Positions 39,828 through 48,820 of a stretch of 50,138 nucleotides of DNA are shown here, piece by piece. The stretch comes from Pseudomonadota bacterium (GTDB lineage: Bacteria > Pseudomonadota > Alphaproteobacteria > Ferrovibrionales > Ferrovibrionaceae): positions 1 through 50,138 of the forward strand of contig JAJYTL010000001.1 in assembly GCA_021793055.1 (NCBI GenBank). The letters run 5' to 3'. The stretch's first letter is position 1, and every line of letters starts with the position of its first letter. A program made the position numbers and the translations under genes. The notes beneath the pieces were generated by a model. It did not search any database and was not told where the DNA came from. It saw only the letters and a list, made by a program, of their open reading frames with translations.

Positions 39828-41567
39828 TCAGCGCGCGCGTAAGCGAGCGGTTTTCGTCGCGTCCAGGCTGCCGTCGGGCCTCACGGCGACGCCGTAATCG
39901 CGCCGTGCCGCCGCGGCCGAGATCAGCCCGTCGCGCACGTTGGCGGCGACGAGATCGGGGTCGCGGGCGCGGGGATCGCCGAGGCCGCCGCCGCCCGGCA
40001 GCTCAAGGCGGATGAAATCGCCGCCTGGCACGGTCTGGCGGCCCTTGGGCCGGATCGGGCGGCCGGAAAGCAGGCTGACCCGCCCGGCCGCGCCGCTGCC
40101 GCCGCCGTCGCGCCCGCGCGCCGGGTTGTGGATGCGCTCGAAGTTGCAAAGCAGGCTGATCGGGGCGCCGTCGGCGCCGCCGAGCTCGATAATCTGGCCG
40201 AGGCCGCCGCGAAACGCGCCGGCGCCGCCGGAATCCTCACGGAATTCGCGGCGGCGGAAAAAGACCGGCGCCGTGCTCTCGGTCACTTCCACCGGGATGG
40301 TGCGGACGCCGCTTGGGAATGCGGTGACGTCGAGCCCGTCCTTGCCCGGCCGGGCGCCGGTGCCGCCGCAATGGAAGATCACCGTTGAGAAAGGCGGCGT
40401 CGGCGCGACATTGGTGCCTTCGCCAACTTCCTCGGCGAGCGCGCCGCCGCCCGAGATCTGCGGGTTCCACAAGGACGAGGCGCCTTCCGCCGGCACGCCG
40501 CCGGGGATCACGCCTTCGAGGCAGCCGAGCACGACGTCCGGCAGCATGTGGCCGACGGTGTGGCGCGCCGCCACCGCCCAAGGCCGCTCGACGTTAAGCA
40601 CCGAACCCTTCGGCGCGCTCACTGTGATCGGCGCGAGCGAGCCGGCGTTATTCGGCACCTCCGGCGCCACCACGCATTTCACGCCATAGGCGGTATAGGC
40701 GAGGCAATAGTTGTAGACCACGTTGATGCCGTAGGCGCTGGCCGGCGAGGTGCCGTCGAAATCGACGTGGATACCGGCATCCGAGACGGTGAGCGCCGCG
40801 TTCAACAGCAACGGCTTGTCGTAGCCATCCATGGTCAGGCGGTTGCGATAGGTGCCCTTCGGTAGCTTGCGGATGGCGGCGAGCGTTGCCGTGCGCGATG
40901 AGGAGACGATCCAATCGCCGAGTGCCGCGAGATCGGCGATGGCGAATTCCGCCATCATCTCGATCAGCCGCCGGCCGCCCTCGTCGTTGCAGGCGGCGAG
41001 GGCGTAGATATCGCCTTCGACCTGCAAGGGCTCGCGCACGTTGGCGCGCAGGATGCGGAGCAGGTCCTCGTTCATCTTGCCGCGCTGGGCGAGCGGCATG
41101 ATCGGCACCGCCAGACCCTCCTCGAAGACCTGACGGCCATCTGGACCCATGCCGAGGCCGCCGATATCCACCACATGCACGGTCGAGGCGAAGAGGCCGA
41201 CCGGACGGCCGGCGACGAAGGTCGGGCTGACCACGGTGAAATCGTGCAGGTGGCCGCAAGTGAGCCAGGGATCGTTGGTGATGTAGTGATCGCCCTCGCT
41301 CATCTCGGCAAGCGGATAGACGGCGAGGAAATTCTGCACCGCCATGGCCATGGAATTGACATGGCCGGGCGTGCCGGTCACGGCCTGGGCCAGCATCCGG
41401 CCTTCGGCGTCGAAGACGCCGGCCGACAGATCGCCGGCCTCCCGCACCGAGGTGGAGAAGGCGGTGCGGATCAGGGTCTGCGCCTGCTCCTCGACCACGG
41501 CGATGAGCCGGCTCCACATGATCTGGTTCTGAATCCGGGCGAGCGCGGAGGCGGCCTCGGTTGCCAT
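39828..41567 (-). CDS. hyuB: Hydantoinase B / oxoprolinase family protein (N-methylhydantoinase B-like)
   Basis: Hydantoinase_B motifs are IMWSRLIAVVEEQAQTLIRTAFS, DLSAGVFD and ITNDPWLTCGHLHD. ATG 41567 lies 4 nt after the hyuA stop. The track ORF starts 30 nt earlier. Confidence 0.9.
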   Translation of the reverse strand: MATEAASALARIQNQIMWSRLIAVVEEQAQTLIRTAFSTSVREAGDLSAGVFDAEGRMLAQAVTGTPGHVNSMAMAVQNFLAVYPLAEMSEGDHYITNDPWLTCGHLHDFTVVSPTFVAGRPVGLFASTVHVVDIGGLGMGPDGRQVFEEGLAVPIMPLAQRGKMNEDLLRILRANVREPLQVEGDIYALAACNDEGGRRLIEMMAEFAIADLAALGDWIVSSSRTATLAAIRKLPKGTYRNRLTMDGYDKPLLLNAALTVSDAGIHVDFDGTSPASAYGINVVYNYCLAYTAYGVKCVVAPEVPNNAGSLAPITVSAPKGSVLNVERPWAVAARHTVGHMLPDVVLGCLEGVIPGGVPAEGASSLWNPQISGGGALAEEVGEGTNVAPTPPFSTVIFHCGGTGARPGKDGLDVTAFPSGVRTIPVEVTESTAPVFFRRREFREDSGGAGAFRGGLGQIIELGGADGAPISLLCNFERIHNPARGRDGGGSGAAGRVSLLSGRPIRPKGRQTVPGGDFIRLELPGGGGLGDPRARDPDLVAANVRDGLISAAAARRDYGVAVRPDGSLDATKTARLRAR

Positions 41568-41571
41568 CGCC

Positions 41572-43659
41572 TCAATCCTTCTTCCGCCGCATCTCAATAT
41601 AGCCTAAACCGTCGATCACCGCATCGAAGGCCGGGCTGATTACGGTGTTGGTCTCGTCCTCGGCGATCACCGCCGGGCCGGGAATGCGGGCGCCGGGTTC
41701 GAGATCGGGCCGCCAGTAAAGCCCGACCTCGACGAAGCGTCCCTGCTCGGCATCGAACAGCGGTCTCCGCCCACGCGGCGCCGGTTCGTGGTCGCGGACG
41801 GGCGCCGCCACCTCGCGCCGCGCTTCGGCCGGCGCGCCCAAGACCAGGACCCAGCTCACCACCTCGGGCTCGACGCCCGGCACGACCCGGCTGTAGAGCC
41901 GGCGATAGGCGTCTTCGAAGGCATGGGTGAAGATCTTGCCGTCACCGTCGTCATAAGCGCGCGCGGGAAGCGCGACGCGGATTTCGTGGCCCTGGCCGCG
42001 ATAGCGCATGAAGGCGGCGCGTTCCTCAGTCAGCGCGGCGCCGCCGGCGCCGCGGCGGACGATCGCCTCGGCTTCGGCCCGCATTTCGGCGAACAGCCGG
42101 TTGGCGGTCTCCGGCTCGAAATGCGCCAGGCGCTGTACGCGGCTGCGCACAAGCTCATAGGCGATCGGCGCGCGGAGGAAGCCGACCGCCGAGCCGACGC
42201 CGGCGTTGCGCGGCACCAGCACACGGGAAACGCCGAGCTTTTCCGCGACCCGGGCGGCATGAAGCGGCGCCGCGCCGCCGAAGGCGATCAGCGTCCGCTC
42301 GCTCGCGTTCTTGCCGCTTTCGATGGCGTGGACGCGGGCGGCGTTGGCCATGTTTTCGTCGACCATCTCGCTGATGGCAAGTGCAGCCAAGGCCGGCTCC
42401 AGGCCGAGCGGCCCGCCGACGTCGCGCGCGATGGCCCGGCCGGCGGCCGCGGCATCGAGCTTGAGACGGCCGCCGGAAAAGGTCTCTGGGTTGACGCGCC
42501 CGAGCGCGAGGTCGGCGTCGGTCACGGTTGGCGCCGTGCCGCCCTGGCCATAGCAGGCCGGCCCCGGCTCGGCGCCGGCGCTCTCGGGCCCGATGGCGAC
42601 GCGGCCCAAGGCATCGACCTCGGCGATCGAGCCGCCGCCGGCGCCGATCTCCACCATCTCGATCACCGGGATGCGGAGCGGCAGTCCGCTGCCCTTCTTG
42701 AAGCGGTAGATGCGCGCGACCTCAAATACCCGGCTGGTCTGCGGCGTACCCTTGTCGATCAAGCAGATTTTTGCCGTCGTGCCGCCCATGTCGAAGGAGA
42801 GCACCTTGTCGAGGCCGCCGAGCGCCGCGATATGGCTGGCGAAAATCGCCCCGCCCGCCGGACCCGATTCCACCAGCCGCACGGGAAAGCGGATCGCGGT
42901 CTCAATCGTGGTCAGGCCGCCGGCCGAGGTCATCAGGAAGAGCGGGCAGGCAAAGCCGGCGGCGCCAAGCTCGCGTTCGAGGTTGCGGAGATAGCGGCCG
43001 ATCGCCGGCTGCACATAAGCATTGGCGCAAGCGGTGGAGAAGCGCTCGTATTCCCGCATTTCCGGCGAGACCTCGCCGGAGAGCGTGATCGGCAGGCCGG
43101 GCAGGCGACGGCTCAGGATCTCGGCCGCCTGCCGTTCGTGGGCGGGATTGGCGTAGCTGTGCAGGAAGCCGATGGCGACAGCCTCGATCCGGTCGCGCGC
43201 GATCGCCGCCGCAATCTCGTGAACCTCGTCCGCGACCAAGGGCGTGACGATCTGGCCGGCTGCGCCGATCCGCTCGCGAACCACATAGCGATGGCGGCGG
43301 GGCACCAGGGGCGGCGGCAGGTCGATCGCGAGATCGTATTGCTCGAAGCGGTTCTCGTGGCGGATTTCGATGGTGTCGCGAAAGCCCTCGGTGGTGACCA
43401 GCGCGGTTTTCGCGCCTTTGCGCTCGATCAGGGCGTTGGTGGCGAGCGTGGTGCCGTGGACAATCAGGGTGACGTCGCGCGGGCCGAGCCCAGCCTCCTG
43501 CAAGACGGCGCGAATGCCGCCGAGCACGGCGGCCTCGGGCGCGTCCGGCGTGGTGAGGACCTTGGTGGTGACGCGCCGCGAGCCGGACTCAAGCGCGACA
43601 TCGGTAAAGGTGCCGCCGATGTCGACGCCAAGACGTGCCGTAGAACCGTGATCAGGCAT
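41572..43659 (-). CDS. hyuA: Hydantoinase A / oxoprolinase family protein (N-methylhydantoinase A-like, ATP-dependent)
   Basis: Motifs are LGVDIGGTFTDV, HGTTLATNALIERKG and SFDMGGTTAKI. Size is 695 aa. Confidence 0.9.
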   Translation of the reverse strand: MPDHGSTARLGVDIGGTFTDVALESGSRRVTTKVLTTPDAPEAAVLGGIRAVLQEAGLGPRDVTLIVHGTTLATNALIERKGAKTALVTTEGFRDTIEIRHENRFEQYDLAIDLPPPLVPRRHRYVVRERIGAAGQIVTPLVADEVHEIAAAIARDRIEAVAIGFLHSYANPAHERQAAEILSRRLPGLPITLSGEVSPEMREYERFSTACANAYVQPAIGRYLRNLERELGAAGFACPLFLMTSAGGLTTIETAIRFPVRLVESGPAGGAIFASHIAALGGLDKVLSFDMGGTTAKICLIDKGTPQTSRVFEVARIYRFKKGSGLPLRIPVIEMVEIGAGGGSIAEVDALGRVAIGPESAGAEPGPACYGQGGTAPTVTDADLALGRVNPETFSGGRLKLDAAAAGRAIARDVGGPLGLEPALAALAISEMVDENMANAARVHAIESGKNASERTLIAFGGAAPLHAARVAEKLGVSRVLVPRNAGVGSAVGFLRAPIAYELVRSRVQRLAHFEPETANRLFAEMRAEAEAIVRRGAGGAALTEERAAFMRYRGQGHEIRVALPARAYDDGDGKIFTHAFEDAYRRLYSRVVPGVEPEVVSWVLVLGAPAEARREVAAPVRDHEPAPRGRRPLFDAEQGRFVEVGLYWRPDLEPGARIPGPAVIAEDETNTVISPAFDAVIDGLGYIEMRRKKD

Positions 43660-43883
43660 GGGAAGAGCAAGATTCTGAAAACTCGGGCAAAGACAAACGG
43701 AGTTCCGAAACCGGACGCCAATCGAAGCCGGCTCGGGCAGCGAGCCCGAATATTATCGGAACATTATCAGCGGTTGCCCTTGGGAGAAAGGGACTGCCCA
43801 ACTCCGGTTGGCTCAGCTCCGCCTTGGCCGATCAAGACTTCTCGTTCGGCCCGGCGGGCGCGCTCGCCGAAACGCCGCGCCGT

Positions 43884-44156
43884 TCAGCCGTGGCTGACCG
43901 TTTCTTCGGCGCGGACGGCGGCGGCTTGGTTTTCTTCGGCCTTCGGCGCAATCGCCGGCGGCTCGGCCTGCGCCCGGGTATTGGCGGGCGCGCTCTGCTG
44001 CGTCGCGCCGGTTTCGGGCGTTTCGCGCATGGCCTGCTTGAAGTTCTTGATCCCTTGCGCCAGATCGCCCGCCGCTTTCGGCAGCTTGCCGGTGCCGAAA
44101 ACGAGCGCCACCACCACCAATAAGATGAGCAGATGCCAGATGCTGAAATCAAACAT
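43884..44156 (-). CDS. tatA: Twin-arginine translocase TatA/TatE-family protein
   Basis: [43 protein letters not shown] is a canonical TatA TM helix plus amphipathic helix, followed by a Pro/Ala/Glu-rich tail. Confidence 0.9.
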   Translation of the reverse strand: MFDFSIWHLLILLVVVALVFGTGKLPKAAGDLAQGIKNFKQAMRETPETGATQQSAPANTRAQAEPPAIAPKAEENQAAAVRAEETVSHG

Positions 44157-44353
44157 GACTAACCCCGTTTACGAACAATCCTGCCTCTCGGTCGGATCAT
44201 CGCAAATCCGCTCCCATGATACAACGAATTCTTTTGGGCCTGTAGTCGCCGCAAGACCAAGTATTGGCGGCATCGGCCGGGCCGGCTTCGGGCCATCGCC
44301 CCGATCTCCTTCGCACTCTCGCCAAAGGGCGGGCGATCCGCTAGGCTCGGGCA

Positions 44354-44773
44354 ATGAATTCGCGCGCATTTGCGATCGCCGTCCCGATCCGTGTCGCCCT
44401 GGCCGGGCTGGCCGTGGCCTGCCTGGCCGTGGCCGGATATTGTGCCCTGGTTTCGCCCGCCTCAGCGGCGCCGGCCGACGCGCCGGCCTATGTCTACGGC
44501 ACCGCGGATCTGCCGTTGATGCCGGGTTTGCGCCAGCTTTCGCGAAACGCCGTGGTTTTCGACAAGCCGAGCGGCTTGGTGGTCGAGGCCGACGCGATCG
44601 GCCGCGGCATGGCTCCGGCGGCGGTCGCCCGCTTCTACCGCCGGACGCTGCCTGAGCTGGGCTGGCGCGAGGTGCGGCCCCTGGTCTTCACGCGCGACGG
44701 CGAGCGGCTGCAATTGACCATCCGCGGCGGCCGCGGCCGCGCCAGCGTCCATTTCGATCTCGTGCCCGGCTGA
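44354..44773 (+). CDS. Hypothetical secreted protein
   Basis: A signal peptide (VALAGLAVACLAVAGYCALVSPASA) is followed by a 139-aa ORF with normal composition. I recognise no family. Confidence 0.5.
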   Translation: MNSRAFAIAVPIRVALAGLAVACLAVAGYCALVSPASAAPADAPAYVYGTADLPLMPGLRQLSRNAVVFDKPSGLVVEADAIGRGMAPAAVARFYRRTLPELGWREVRPLVFTRDGERLQLTIRGGRGRASVHFDLVPG

Positions 44774-44852
44774 ACCTGGCGCAGAGAGGCCGCTTGCTAT
44801 TCCGTTCCGTCCTTGTAAATCACCCAATTGATGAAAGTCCGAGGAGCTTGCC

Positions 44853-45635
44853 ATGGCCGAGAGCTATCGTTTCCTGATTGTCGAGAAGAAGGGTGCCGTC
44901 GGCTTGATCCGGCTCAACCGGCCGGAGGCGCTGAATGCTCTTTGCAGCGACCTGATGAAGGAGCTGACGCAAGTTGTTGATGGTTTCGAGAGCGATGACG
45001 CCATCGGTTGTCTGGTGGTCACCGGTTCCGACAAGGCCTTCGCCGCCGGCGCCGACATCAAGGAGATGCAGCCGAAGACCTATGTCGATGTCTACGGCGA
45101 GGACTTCATCACCGCCGATTGGGAACGGCTGGCAAGGAGCCGCAAGCCGGTGATCGCGGCGGTCGCGGGCTATGCCTTGGGCGGCGGCTGCGAGCTCGCC
45201 ATGATGTGCGACTTCATCCTCGCCGCCGATACCGCGAAGTTCGGTCAACCGGAAATCAATCTCGGCACCTTTCCGGGCGCCGGCGGCACCCAGCGCCTGA
45301 CCCGTTTCGTCGGCAAGTCGAAGGCGATGGAGATGTGCCTGACCGGGCGCATGATGGACGCCGCGGAGGCGGAGCGCGCCGGCCTCGTCAGCCGCGTGGT
45401 GCCGGCGGCGGAGCTCTTGGACGAGGCGCTGAAGGTGGCGGCCGGAATTGCGGCAAAATCGCGTCCCGCGGCCATGATGGCGAAGGAATCTGTCAATCGC
45501 GCCTATGAGACCACGCTGGCCGAGGGCGTCCGCTTCGAGCGCCGGCTGTTCCATTCCACCTTCGCCCTCGAGGATCGCAAGGAGGGTATGGCGGCGTTTA
45601 TAGCCAAGCGCAAGCCGAGCTTCCAGAACCGCTGA
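44853..45635 (+). CDS. Enoyl-CoA hydratase (crotonase family)
   Basis: Motifs are [51 protein letters not shown] and [17 protein letters not shown]. Confidence 0.92.
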   Translation: MAESYRFLIVEKKGAVGLIRLNRPEALNALCSDLMKELTQVVDGFESDDAIGCLVVTGSDKAFAAGADIKEMQPKTYVDVYGEDFITADWERLARSRKPVIAAVAGYALGGGCELAMMCDFILAADTAKFGQPEINLGTFPGAGGTQRLTRFVGKSKAMEMCLTGRMMDAAEAERAGLVSRVVPAAELLDEALKVAAGIAAKSRPAAMMAKESVNRAYETTLAEGVRFERRLFHSTFALEDRKEGMAAFIAKRKPSFQNR

Positions 45636-45717
45636 AATCGGCCGGGAAAGCCGTTGACGGGGGGGCCGGCCCCCGCTATAACCCGGCATCCCTTTTTGCC
45701 TTGGAACCACGCAAGCC

Positions 45718-46002
45718 ATGCTTCGTCACGAGTCAGCCAAGAAGCGCACGCGCCAGATCAAGAAACGGACAGCGGTCAATCGTGCCCGCGTCTCGCGCGT
45801 CCGCACCTTCGTCCGCAAGGTCGAGCTGGCGATCGCCAGCGGAGACGCCGACGCGGCCCGCGTCGCTTTGCGCGCCGCGCAACCCGAGATCGATCGCGGG
45901 GTGAGCAAGGGCGTCGTGCCGAAGAACCGGGCCTCGCGCAAGCTGTCGCGCCTTTCGGCTCGCGTCAAGGCGATGTCCGCCTCGGCATCGCCGGCTTCCT
46001 GA
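45718..46002 (+). CDS. rpsT: 30S ribosomal protein S20
   Basis: [35 protein letters not shown]...A......A.PEIDR...KGV..KN.A.RK.SRL matches the S20 pattern. Confidence 0.9.
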   Translation: MLRHESAKKRTRQIKKRTAVNRARVSRVRTFVRKVELAIASGDADAARVALRAAQPEIDRGVSKGVVPKNRASRKLSRLSARVKAMSASASPAS

Positions 46003-46032
46003 TCCTCCGCCGCTTCTAGAATTCGCGATCGT

Positions 46033-46059
46033 GCCCTCGGCTTGCCGAGGGCCGTTTTG
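46033..46059 (+). terminator. Rho-independent terminator of rpsT
   Basis: GCCCTCGG-cttg-CCGAGGGC (8-bp GC-rich stem) is followed by CGTTTTGC, 31 nt after the rpsT stop. Confidence 0.75.
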
Positions 46060-46490
46060 CATCGCCGCCGCGCGCGACGCGGTAAATAATTTCTCACCGC
46101 GATTGGCTTGTGCGGCAGCGATCCGCGATTCGGATTCTTCCTGTTGCATGCCCTCGGTCGCGAGGGTAGGCTTCTTCATCGCCGGTCCGAACAGGACCAA
46201 ATTTCGCAAACGCCCGCTCGTTATTGCCTCTTCGATATTGCCGCCAGCAGAGTCGAGCGTAGGGAGTACGCTTAACCGGGGGCAGGCGTTCGCCTTTCGT
46301 AGACAGGCGTTTGGCAGACAGGATTGCGCGGACAGGATTACAGAGTGTTCTTATGGAAAAAAATAATTCTGCCCTCCGCAATCCATACGATGACGCACGA
46401 CGCGGCAACGGCTGGTGTGGCGCCCAAGAGCGGCGCAAGGGGGGCGACGCGGTCATTGGTCGGCGCGCGTCGCGGGGTGACGGTGGCAAT

Positions 46491-46811
46491 ATGACGGGGC
46501 AAGGCGCTGGTGCACCGGCGGGTTACGCTGGCGATCTTTCCGTGCGCGAGGCGTGGACCCGGCTGGCCGGCGACGCGCGCGCCGTTCTGGTCGATGTCCG
46601 GAGCGACGCCGAATGGACCTTTGTCGGCGTTCCCGATCTCTCCGCCCTCGGCAAGGCGGTCACCTTTCTGCCGTGGCAGACCTTTCCCGGCATGCGGTTG
46701 AACGGCGATTTCGCCGCGACGTTGCAAGAGGGGTTGCCGGAAACGGATGTGCCGGTGCTTTATGGGATGGCCCGCCCCTTCCTCGGCATCGGATATGATG
46801 CCGGTGCTTGA
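46491..46811 (+). pseudogene. Rhodanese-domain gene truncated by IS insertion
   Basis: MTGQGAGAPAGYAGDLSVREAW..VLVDVRSDAEWTFVGVPDLS...FLPWQTFPG...DVPVL matches single-domain rhodaneses up to about 46760. The active-site loop expected next (CRSG.RS) is absent. The reading frame continues as unrelated YGMARPFLGIGYDAGA into the IS end. Confidence 0.7.
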
Positions 46812-48115
46812 AACGGGAAAGGAACGGACCGATGTCGATTGTGATCCTTGGAGTTGATCTAGGCAAGAACGCATGCAGCGTCGTTGGCGTTGACGCGTCC
46901 GGTAGGGTGGTGGTGCGCCGGTCGATGCGACGCCAGACACTGATCGATTATGTAGCGAAGCTGCCGGCCTGCGTCATCGCGATGGAGGCTTGCTGCGGCG
47001 CTCATTATTTGGGACGCCTGTTCGCCGTACACGGACATGAGATTCGGCTTATGTCGCCTGAGTACGTGCGTCCGTATGTGAAGGCGCAGAAGAACGACGA
47101 TCGCGATGCCGAGGGGATCGCCGAGGCGGCGTCGCGCCCAACGATGCGGTTCGTCGCGCTCAAGAGCCAGGAACAGCTCGACATTCAGACCCTTCATCGA
47201 GTCCGTTCGCGCCGCGTGGCAGAGCGTACGAATCTGATCAATCAGTTACGGGCGATCTTGTTGGAGCGTGGGATCATCTTTCCGGTCGGGCGGCGCAAGC
47301 TGGAACTGGGCGTCGATGCCATGCTTGCCGAGGGGGATGGAATGTTGTCACCGCGCCTGCGCCAACTGGTTGGCGAACTGCGCGCCGAATGGCGGGACCT
47401 CGATACGAAGATCGAGGCGCTCAACAGCGAGTTCATCGACCGCGCGCGCCATGATGCCGTCGCGCGAAGGCTGACCTCCATCCCCGGCATCGGGGCTTTG
47501 AACGCAACCGCCTTGATTGCCGCTGTGGGCGATGCAAGCGGCTTCGCCAAAGCCCGGGATCTTGGGGCTTGGCTCGGCCTGGTTCCCCGGCAACATACCA
47601 CCGGCGGCAAAGCCCGGCTGCTGGGCATCTCCAAGCGTGGTAACACCTATTTGCGTACCCTGCTCATCCACGGGGCCCGAGCGGCGCTGCCTTCGCTGTC
47701 GCAGAGCGACACCCCGCTGGGGCGCTGGCTCAAGGCCATGATCGAGCGCGGCGTCCACCGCAATGCCGTGGTGGTCGCATTGGCCAACAAGCTGGCGCGG
47801 ATCGCTTGGGCAGCTCTGCGCAAGGAGGCGACTTTCGCGCGCGGCTACTCCGTCGCGGCATAACGAGACCGGCCACATGCTCTGGTATGCATAGGCCAAC
47901 GATGTTTGCAGGAAGGATCGTACAGATGGCCTGACAGTCGATCGGCGTTTGGAAAGCCCGGTCAAAAAAATGGCGCTCGATGCCGAGGTCTTTATTGTGG
48001 CTCCAAACGCGCGGATGTCCATCTTGGCCGTGAGCACGCTCACGAGACCGTATACGTTGACGCAGACTGCTCAGAACACCGTAAAATCCTACTTGCAACG
48101 GGGCGGGCCATACGT
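46761..48115 (+). mobile_element. IS110-family insertion sequence (IS1111-like layout: short left end, about 250-nt non-coding right end, subterminal inverted repeats)
   Basis: There are 12-bp perfect inverted repeats, ATGGCCCGCCCC (46767-46778) and GGGGCGGGCCAT (48100-48111). They flank a DEDD-type transposase gene. The outer limits are approximate (a few nt beyond the IRs). The left flank is the rhodanese gene and the right flank is an IS630 fragment. Confidence 0.75.
46832..47863 (+). CDS. IS110-family transposase (DEDD N-terminal domain plus transposase_20 C-terminal domain)
   Basis: Motifs are ILGVDLGKNACSV, IAMEACCGAHY, KNDDRDAEGIAEA and SIPGIGALNATALIAAVGDASGFAKARDLGAWLGLVPRQHTTGGKARLLGISKRGNTYLRTLLI. 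Confidence 0.9.
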   Translation: MSIVILGVDLGKNACSVVGVDASGRVVVRRSMRRQTLIDYVAKLPACVIAMEACCGAHYLGRLFAVHGHEIRLMSPEYVRPYVKAQKNDDRDAEGIAEAASRPTMRFVALKSQEQLDIQTLHRVRSRRVAERTNLINQLRAILLERGIIFPVGRRKLELGVDAMLAEGDGMLSPRLRQLVGELRAEWRDLDTKIEALNSEFIDRARHDAVARRLTSIPGIGALNATALIAAVGDASGFAKARDLGAWLGLVPRQHTTGGKARLLGISKRGNTYLRTLLIHGARAALPSLSQSDTPLGRWLKAMIERGVHRNAVVVALANKLARIAWAALRKEATFARGYSVAA

Positions 48116-48474
48116 TTTTTGAGCGTCAGACCGAGCCGGTGGATGACGGTCCACATCGCCCCGCTGCTAAGGCGCACGCCCTGTTCGGCTTCAAGCCAGG
48201 TCTGCATCGCCGCCAATGTCATATCCGAATGGGCGCGCACATGGATGGCCAGCGCCGCCTCCTGCTCGCCGGTCAGCTTGCGCGGGCGATGGCCACGCAC
48301 CGGACTGGCGTTGGTCTGCCCGGTGCGTCGCCGCCGGATCATGGCCTTGTAGATATACGAAATGCTGACCTGAAAGAGCTTCGCGGCCCTGCGCACCGCC
48401 ATGCCGCCATCAACAGCAGCCAATACCCGCGCCCGAAGATCTTCCGAGTAAGCCTGTCCCTGGCGCCACACCAT
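48040..48474 (-). pseudogene. IS630-family transposase, N-terminal (HTH) fragment only
   Basis: YSEDLRARVLAAVDGGMAVRRAAKLFQVSISYIYKAM...LTGEQEAALAIHVRAHSDMTLAAMQTWLEAEQGVRLSSGAMWTVIHRLGLTLKK is the typical IS630 double-HTH region. Similarity stops at about 48115, where the IS110-family right end abuts. No DDE domain follows. Confidence 0.65.
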
Positions 48475-48820
48475 CGCTGCCACCGAATCGTCCAACCCGG
48501 ACCAGCGAATCACAATTTAACCCGGCCGTGAATCCCTCTCCGATTCCACCCAACCCGAAAATGCTCTAGTTGGAAATGAGCCTGCCCCCAACGCTGGACC
48601 AGGGCGCTGGTCTTCGAGGGCATCTGCTTGGTCAGTCAAGACCATCGATCGGGTGACGCAAAAGCTTTGTCCTAGGGCCGAACAGCTGTCCCCTCACCGT
48701 CTGGCTATCGTAATGCCGAGCCAGGTTCCCTTTCCTGCCCATCTCGTCGTTCGGCCGAAACGGCCGACACGCCATCTCCTTTCTCTCTTTTTGCGTACTT
48801 TCAGCAAAAGGAGAATCCCC

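Noticed and set aside
44202-44216. Sigma-54-like element TGGGAGcggatTTGC (minus strand) upstream of tatA
   Set aside because: The -12 element is good, but the -24 element deviates (GAG instead of CAC). It is kept as a remark only.
41788-44655. 955-aa plus-strand ORF spanning hyuA, tatA and the next gene
   Set aside because: It runs antisense through two well-supported minus-strand genes and across intergenic DNA. Its composition is Arg/Gly/Ala-rich, so it is an artefact.
46003-46490. Possible oriC / DnaA-box cluster after rpsT
   Set aside because: No TTATCCACA-like or TGATCCACA-like 9-mers were found by eye, and there is no obvious AT-rich unwinding element.
47348-48098. Minus-strand ORFs (47348..48043 and 47730..48098) considered as the missing C-terminal part of the IS630 transposase via frameshift at the A6 run
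   Set aside because: They lie largely antisense to the IS110-family transposase gene and its right end. They show no DDE-domain motifs.
47864-48111. Approximate matches between the IS right end and the left target flank (ACCGGCCACAT versus the reverse complement ACCGGCACAT; GATGCCGAGGTCTT versus GATGTGCCGGTGCTT)
   Set aside because: Each needs an indel or mismatches, and in GC-rich DNA such matches can be chance. Only the exact 11-mer and the 12-bp IRs are reported as observations.
48632-48775. 47-aa minus-strand ORF with AAAGGAG before its ATG (MACRPFRPNDEMGRKG...)
   Set aside because: It is too short and compositionally odd to call. It contains the CGGCCG-ttt-CGGCCG hairpin. It is mentioned only as part of the unassigned segment.
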